NCBI GenBank assembly: GCA_965279565.1 | Contig: OZ257249.1 | Location: forward strand, 3,644,750-3,708,749 | Source of the DNA: Tagaea sp. | Lineage (GTDB): Bacteria > Pseudomonadota > Alphaproteobacteria > CACIAM-22H2 | Direction of reading: 5' to 3' | DNA length: 64,000 nucleotides | Shown: piece by piece, positions 58,744 to 64,000 of the stretch | Layout of the letters: each line of letters opens with the position of its first letter | Numbering within the stretch: position 1 is the first letter of the stretch | Translations under genes and position numbers: made by a program | The notes under the pieces: model-generated | Databases searched by the model: none | Told to the model about the DNA's origin: nothing | What the model saw: the letters and a program-made list of their open reading frames with translations, nothing else

Positions 58744-59589
58744 TCAGCGGCAGACGATCGCAACCGGCGTCTCGTCGTAGCCCGGCATGCCCGCGACGCC
58801 ATGGCCGGCCGCGATGTTGACGGTTACGGAATCGGGCGCCGGATCGTAGCCGAACCACTTCTTGTGCAGCCGCGCGAAGGCGCCGTCCTGCTTCATGCAC
58901 TTGACGACCATCGAGATTCGATCGCGGCCGGCCTTGTCGTCCGGACGGAACGGGATCGCCCAGACAAGGCCCGTCGAGATTTTGTAGCCGAGGCGCAACT
59001 GCTGGGCGTTCTGCTTGACCGCCCATGCAGCGACCGTGTTTCCGGTCAGGTTCGAATCCGCACGGCTCGCGAGAACGGCCTGCACGGCTTCCGGGTTCGA
59101 TCCGTAGACGTCGTAGGTGAACCCGTAGCGCGACGCGTTCGCCTGCGCCCAGCTCTCGTAGGCCGAACCGCGGTTGACGGAGACCTTCTTGCCGCGAAGG
59201 TCCTCGAGGACCTTGATCTCGGGCTGGTTGCGCCGCGTGACGAACTGGAAATCCGTGTTGAGATAGCCTTCGGTGAAAAGCAGGTTCCGCGCCCGCTCTT
59301 CGGTCACCGTCGTGGGGGCCGCGAGGAAATCGAAGCGCTTCGCGAGCAGGCCCGGCACGAGCCCCGAGAACTCCTGCGCCACGACCTCGATCGGCCGGCC
59401 GAGGCGCTTGCCGATCTCGTTGGCCATGTCGACATTGAAGCCTTCGATGCCGCCGCCGAGCTTCGGCATGGCGTGCGGCGCGAACGTGCCGTCGAGACCC
59501 GCGACGAGTTTCTGCGCCGATGCGGGCGCGCCGACGACGACCGAAAGCAGGACCGCGATCGCGGCCGCGGACATCTTGTTCATTGCCAT
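58744..59589 (-). CDS. Polar amino acid ABC substrate-binding protein (family 3)
   Basis: Signal peptide, DGTFAPHA, GFNVDMA and TVTEERA motifs. Confidence 0.92.
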   Translation of the reverse strand: MAMNKMSAAAIAVLLSVVVGAPASAQKLVAGLDGTFAPHAMPKLGGGIEGFNVDMANEIGKRLGRPIEVVAQEFSGLVPGLLAKRFDFLAAPTTVTEERARNLLFTEGYLNTDFQFVTRRNQPEIKVLEDLRGKKVSVNRGSAYESWAQANASRYGFTYDVYGSNPEAVQAVLASRADSNLTGNTVAAWAVKQNAQQLRLGYKISTGLVWAIPFRPDDKAGRDRISMVVKCMKQDGAFARLHKKWFGYDPAPDSVTVNIAAGHGVAGMPGYDETPVAIVCR

Positions 59590-59668
59590 GTTGATCCTCA
59601 CCGTCTGGAGCGCCCCGGGCATTAGGGCCCGAAAAGCAGCGATGCGCAAGAATTGCGCGCGCTCTCCC

Positions 59669-59684
59669 AGCAAACGGCGTGCCT
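59669..59684 (-). promoter_or_regulatory. Candidate sigma54 -24/-12 promoter for the ABC-racemase operon
   Basis: Minus strand AGGCACGCCGTTTGCT matches GG-N10-GC with GGCACG and TTGC cores. Confidence 0.6.
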
Positions 59685-60315
59685 ACTTCGTGCCGAAAAG
59701 CCGGTCGCCGGCGTCGCCGAGGCCCGGGATGATGTAGCCGTGGTCGTTCAGGTGGCTGTCCTGGGCGGCCGCATAGATCGTCACGTCCGGATGGTTCGCG
59801 TGCATCTCCTTGACGCCTTCCGGAGCGGCAAGCAGGCAGACATACTTGATCGACGTGGCGCCCGCCTGCTTGACCCGCGTGACGGCCGCGACGGCGGAAT
59901 GCCCCGTCGCAAGCATCGGGTCGAGCACGAGCACATCGCGTTCGGCCACGTCCTCGGGAAGCTTGCAGTAATACTCGACCGCCGCCAGCGTCTGCGGATC
60001 GCGGTAAAGCCCGATATGGCCCACGCGCGCCGAGGGAAGGATCTCCAGCATGCCATCGAGGATGCCGTTGCCGGCGCGCAGGACGGAAACGAGGCAGATC
60101 TCTTTGCCCGCAAGAGTCGGTGCGCGCATCTTCTGGATCGGCGTCTCGATCTCGACCGTGGTCAGTGTCCGGTCGCGCGTCGCCTCGTAGGCCAGAAGCA
60201 TCGCGATCTCGCGCACGAGCCGGCGAAAATCGCGCGTCTCCGTCTCCTTGCGGCGAAGCTGGGTCAGCTTGTGCTGGATAAGCGGATGACCAACCACATG
60301 CAGCGAACCCGACAT
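59683..60315 (-). CDS. upp: Uracil phosphoribosyltransferase
   Basis: [33 protein letters not shown] and [17 protein letters not shown] motifs. Confidence 0.97.
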   Translation of the reverse strand: MSGSLHVVGHPLIQHKLTQLRRKETETRDFRRLVREIAMLLAYEATRDRTLTTVEIETPIQKMRAPTLAGKEICLVSVLRAGNGILDGMLEILPSARVGHIGLYRDPQTLAAVEYYCKLPEDVAERDVLVLDPMLATGHSAVAAVTRVKQAGATSIKYVCLLAAPEGVKEMHANHPDVTIYAAAQDSHLNDHGYIIPGLGDAGDRLFGTK

Positions 60316-60331
60316 TGCCCCACTCCCCCGG

Positions 60332-61558
60332 CTAGAAGATCGTCCCGTCGCTCTCGACCGCCAGCGGCGGCTTTCCACCCGCACGCCGCTCTGCGGCGAT
60401 GCGTCGGCCGGCCGTCCAGGTCCCGCCCTGCAGCACCTTCGCGAGCGGGAACTCCTCGGCCGACATCCCGAGCTTCTCGCGCACGAGATCGGCTACCCGA
60501 TCGAGCAGCACGACGGTAAGCGCCCGCCATTCGACGATCAACTCGCTGTTGGCGGCATAGGCCCGGCCGGCGGCCGTCGGGTCGCGAAGCGCCACGGTGC
60601 CCGTATCGAGGAACAGGCCGCCGTTGCGGTATTCCGGCAACCCAGTCAGTGCGTCCAACTCGACGATCTCGAGACCGAGCGATTCCAGCGGCTCGAGCAG
60701 CGAATAGGTCAGCCACTGGCTGAGCTTGTGGAAGGGAACCAGCCCCTCACCCGCCGCCGGATGCTCGCCGACATCGCCGACATTCACGCCGTCGATGACG
60801 ACGCGTGCCGGCCAAGCGTCCGCAAGACCGTCGAGCAGCACGGCAAGGATGCGTGCTGCCGGCAGCTTGCCGTCGCGCGCCTGCCCGAGCAGCAGATCGG
60901 CAAGGTTCCCGATGCGCGGCTGCGCGCCGAAAAGGTCCGGTCGCTTGCCGATCGCGGTCCCGAGACTGCGCATGAGTGCCGCGCGCCCTTCGAGACCGAC
61001 CAACTTGTTGCTCTCGCCGACCTTGAAGCCCTTGGCGAGCCGATCGCCGTCGAAGCGGCGCAGGCCGGCCGTGTCGGCCCGGTACGGGTTGTCGAACGAC
61101 GCCGAGAAGGCGCCGGACGCGAACATGTCGAAGCTGGCGACGGCCAGCCCCTCCGATCGCGTGAAGACGCCGTCCTTGGTGCGGTACTTCCAGTCGGATC
61201 CGGCTCCGGCGTCGAGCAGCACGCTCGTCACAGCAAGATCGATCGCGACGCGTGCGCGCTCGAGCTTGTCGTCGGGCAGGTTGGCGACGAGGCGCTTCCA
61301 GCGGTCGATGCCGCCGACATGGAAGTGGCGCCAGCGCGAATGGTACGGAATGTCGAGCGACGGATAGTCGCGCCGTATCGAACTGACGGTCAATTCCGCC
61401 GCCCGGTCGAGCTTGGCGAGATCGACGGTGAAGTGGGCCGACTTGCCGCGCGAAGCCGCCTCGAAGATCTCGCCGGAACGGCGGCGGATCGTGGCGGGAT
61501 CGCGAAGCAGGCGCACGCGCGCGCTGGGCCCGGCGATTTCTGGACGATCGAGGGGCAT
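60332..61558 (-). CDS. URC4/Urg3 family protein (DUF1688)
   Basis: [52 protein letters not shown] and VLQGGTW motifs. Confidence 0.88.
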   Translation of the reverse strand: MPLDRPEIAGPSARVRLLRDPATIRRRSGEIFEAASRGKSAHFTVDLAKLDRAAELTVSSIRRDYPSLDIPYHSRWRHFHVGGIDRWKRLVANLPDDKLERARVAIDLAVTSVLLDAGAGSDWKYRTKDGVFTRSEGLAVASFDMFASGAFSASFDNPYRADTAGLRRFDGDRLAKGFKVGESNKLVGLEGRAALMRSLGTAIGKRPDLFGAQPRIGNLADLLLGQARDGKLPAARILAVLLDGLADAWPARVVIDGVNVGDVGEHPAAGEGLVPFHKLSQWLTYSLLEPLESLGLEIVELDALTGLPEYRNGGLFLDTGTVALRDPTAAGRAYAANSELIVEWRALTVVLLDRVADLVREKLGMSAEEFPLAKVLQGGTWTAGRRIAAERRAGGKPPLAVESDGTIF

Positions 61559-61559
61559 G

Positions 61560-62852
61560 TCAGCTATCGAGCCCGCGGCCCTTGGTGTCGGCCAGCTTGC
61601 GCGCGTCGGGAAGCGTACCGCCGGTGAAATAGCCCGCGGCCTTTTTCGCTTCCATCTCGACGCTCGCATCCGCAGGCACGAGGCCTTCTGGAATCTCGAC
61701 CTGCTCGACGATTTCGATGCCGCTGCGCACGAGCGCCTCAGACTTCATGTTGCTCATCGACGCGAAACGGTCGATACGCGAAATTCCCAGCCAATGGATC
61801 ACGTCGGGCATCAACTCCTGAAAACGCATGTCCTGTACGCCGGCGACGCACTCGGTCCGCTTGAAATACGTGGCGGCCTGGTCGCCGCCCTCCTGGCGCT
61901 TGCGCGCGTTGTAGACGAGGAACTTGGTGACTTCGCCAAGTGCCCGGCCTTCCTTGCGATTGTAGACGATGAAGCCCACGCCGCCCTGCTGGGCCGTCTC
62001 GATCGCCACCTCGATGCCGTGCGCCAGATACGGCCGGCACGTGCAGATGTCCGATCCGAACACGTCCGAACCGTTGCATTCGTCGTGGACGCGGCCGCCG
62101 ATCTTGGTCTTCGCGTCGCCGAGCTTCGACACGTCGCCGAAAAGATAGACGGTCGTGCCGCCGATCGGCGGCAGGAACACCTTCATGTCGGGGCGCGTGA
62201 CGAGTTCGGGGAACATGCCGCCGGTGTATTCGAACAGGCCGCTGCGAAGCTCGGTTTCGGCGATGCCGAAGCGCTTGGCAATTCCGGGCAGATACCAGAC
62301 GGGCTCGAGCGCCACTTTCGTCGTGCGCACGTCGCCGTTCGCCTCGACGATCCGGCCGTCCGGCTTCAACCGGCCCGCCGCGATCGCATCCTGCAGTTCG
62401 GGCATGTTGATGTGCGCGCGGGTCACCGCGATCGTCGGACGAATGTCATAGCCTTGCGCGAGCAGGCCACTGAAAACGTCGCCCACCATGTGCCCGTACG
62501 GATCGAGGCTGACGATCTTCTCCGGATCGGACCACTGGGCGAACGGCCCGATCGGTTCGGCGGGTGCGGTATTCGTCAGGTCGGGCTTGTGCAGGGGCGA
62601 GAGCGCGCCGGCGGCGACCGCGAGCGCGCGGTACAGCATGTAGCTGCCCGAATGGGTGCCGATGACGTTGCGGTGCTGCGGATTGCCCACGGTGCCGATG
62701 ACGGGCCCGCGCGCCTGCGCGCCACCGGCCCCCCATTCGATCTTGAGAGGCTGCGGCCCGCTCTTGGACGGGTGCGAAGTCAGGACGATGTGCTTGGCGG
62801 ACTTTGGCGGCTCGGCCGCGAACTTCGTCGCGGACGTGTCCGGGGAAGGCAT
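61560..62852 (-). CDS. URC1/Urg1-like GTP cyclohydrolase II family protein with N-terminal extension
   Basis: RGPVIGT, HSGSY, RVHDECNGSDVFGSDICTC (Zn ligands), RKEGRALGEVTK, QDMRFQ and SMSNMK motifs. Confidence 0.9.
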   Translation of the reverse strand: MPSPDTSATKFAAEPPKSAKHIVLTSHPSKSGPQPLKIEWGAGGAQARGPVIGTVGNPQHRNVIGTHSGSYMLYRALAVAAGALSPLHKPDLTNTAPAEPIGPFAQWSDPEKIVSLDPYGHMVGDVFSGLLAQGYDIRPTIAVTRAHINMPELQDAIAAGRLKPDGRIVEANGDVRTTKVALEPVWYLPGIAKRFGIAETELRSGLFEYTGGMFPELVTRPDMKVFLPPIGGTTVYLFGDVSKLGDAKTKIGGRVHDECNGSDVFGSDICTCRPYLAHGIEVAIETAQQGGVGFIVYNRKEGRALGEVTKFLVYNARKRQEGGDQAATYFKRTECVAGVQDMRFQELMPDVIHWLGISRIDRFASMSNMKSEALVRSGIEIVEQVEIPEGLVPADASVEMEAKKAAGYFTGGTLPDARKLADTKGRGLDS

Positions 62853-62934
62853 ATGGTATCTCCGACTTCCTAAAAAGGGACTATGCCGCATTTAACGGCA
62901 ATTCGGAAGTCCAAACGCTAACCGATTGATTTGC

Positions 62935-63858
62935 CTAACTCGTAGACCGGGTATCGGAAGTGCCCTGAACCGCCATCGTCCCGGATCGCCCGTCGATGCC
63001 TCCCTGGATCAGATCGGCGACGGGAACGGGTCGGCCTGCCAGCGCCTTCGCCTCGTCCGCCAGATTGACGAAGCGCACGCCGCGCGCGGCGGCGGCGTCC
63101 AGAAACCGGGTGAACCAGTCAGCATAGTGCATGCCCTCGAGCTCGGCATGTCCGGTGAATGCGTTGAGCGCGCCGGGAACAAGCCGGTCGAGATAGATGT
63201 CGATCAGCCGGTCCTCCGGGAATTCCGGGCGGCCGAGCAATTCGTCCAGCGTCGGTAGCGTCGTCGGCATCTGGAGCGTGCGGAAAAGACGGCTGCCGAC
63301 GCGCGGCATGAACGGTCCTGTTCCGCGCGCGTCCGATGCGTAGTCGAGGCCGGCCTCGTCGTAGACCTCCAGGCTCTTGGCATCGGCCTGCCAGCCGGCG
63401 GCACCGGCCGTGCGCGCGGGCGAACCGAAAACGCGCTCGTAGGCGGCGCGCGCCTTGGCAAAGTCGGTGCGGACGGCGTCGATCGTCATGCCGGCCAGTC
63501 CGTCCTGCCAGCGCACATGATCCCAGCAATGGATGCCGGTCTCGTGGCCGGCATTCGAGATCGCGCGCATCGCGTCGGCGTTCCGCCTGCCGATGTCGGG
63601 ACCTGGCAGCAGCACGCCGTTCATAAGCGTGCGCAAGCCATAGAGCTTCACGACGCTTGTGCGGCTGACCTTGGCGAAGAAACCGGGCCGGAAAACCCGC
63701 CGGATCGCGCGCCCGGTATTGTCCGGCCCCAGCGAGAACAGGAACGTGCCGCGGATCGCATGGCGGTCGAGCGACCGGGCCAGTGGTGACAGCCCCTCGC
63801 GCGTCCCGCGATCGGTATCGACATCGATCTTGATCGCGAGCCGGGCGGGTTCGGCCAT
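62935..63858 (-). CDS. arnD: ArnD-like polysaccharide deacetylase/deformylase
   Basis: KIDVDTDRGTREG, FLFSLGPDNTGRA, HCWDHVRWQD, PTTLPTLDE and HAELEG motifs. Confidence 0.8.
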   Translation of the reverse strand: MAEPARLAIKIDVDTDRGTREGLSPLARSLDRHAIRGTFLFSLGPDNTGRAIRRVFRPGFFAKVSRTSVVKLYGLRTLMNGVLLPGPDIGRRNADAMRAISNAGHETGIHCWDHVRWQDGLAGMTIDAVRTDFAKARAAYERVFGSPARTAGAAGWQADAKSLEVYDEAGLDYASDARGTGPFMPRVGSRLFRTLQMPTTLPTLDELLGRPEFPEDRLIDIYLDRLVPGALNAFTGHAELEGMHYADWFTRFLDAAAARGVRFVNLADEAKALAGRPVPVADLIQGGIDGRSGTMAVQGTSDTRSTS

Positions 63859-63869
63859 CGACGAGTGCC

Positions 63870-64000
63870 CTAGACGGGCGTCCCCGTCAGGTCGCCCGTA
63901 TCCTTCTGGCGGCCCAACAGGTAGTAGTCGAGCGTCTTGCGCAGGGCGGTGCGCAGGTCCGTCTTCGGCGCCCAGCCGAGATGCTTGCGGGCGTTCTCGA
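63870..64000 (-). CDS. C-terminus of an ArnA-like NDP-sugar decarboxylase/epimerase (partial)
   Basis: Manual translation ...ENARKHLGWAPKTDLRTALRKTLDYYL...* is a typical extended-SDR C-terminus and lies upstream of arnD. Confidence 0.6.
   Translation of the reverse strand, partial: ENARKHLGWAPKTDLRTALRKTLDYYLLGRQKDTGDLTGTPV

Noticed and set aside
62896-62914. sigma54-like TGG...TTGC upstream of URC1
   Set aside because: The spacing is GG-N11-GC, one base too long for a -24/-12 promoter.

Overview
A 64-kb, high-GC (roughly two-thirds GC, visual estimate), gene-dense bacterial chromosome segment. Gene content points to Alphaproteobacteria, probably Rhodospirillales-like (inference from class II DAHP synthase, DUF4169, DUF3108, DUF2721 and a Zn-ribbon DinB). 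It holds about 58 CDS and one tRNA-Val(CAC). I found no IS, integrase, prophage or CRISPR array. Most genes are housekeeping or metabolic: aroG-II, gor, gabD, glmSU, gph, msrA, a liv-type ABC system, ppc, cysQ, sua5/tsaC, speDE, dinB, upp. Four regions stand out. (1) At 18.6-25.4 kb, a translationally coupled operon encodes a B12-dependent radical SAM enzyme, a GDP-fucose-synthase-like reductase that has lost both epimerase residues, a CmoB/DUF1698-like methyltransferase, a degenerate GT4 and a degenerate Smr-like protein, followed by a divergent class III nucleotidyl-cyclase-like gene. This is the best candidate for an undescribed pathway, possibly C-methyl-sugar or glycan tailoring. (2) At 51.8-62.9 kb, a cyclic-amide/pyrimidine nitrogen-scavenging region joins hydantoinase, D-carbamoylase, racemase and an ABC importer to a yeast-URC-like operon (URC1-URC4-UPRT), with candidate sigma54 promoters and a possibly structured leader. 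(3) Two paralogous two-module pentapeptide-repeat proteins lie 32 kb apart. (4) There are several non-coding signals, including a near-consensus sigma70 promoter firing antisense between convergent genes, and putative beta-clamp motifs on SRAP and DinB. All assignments come from motif recognition by eye. No database searches were run.
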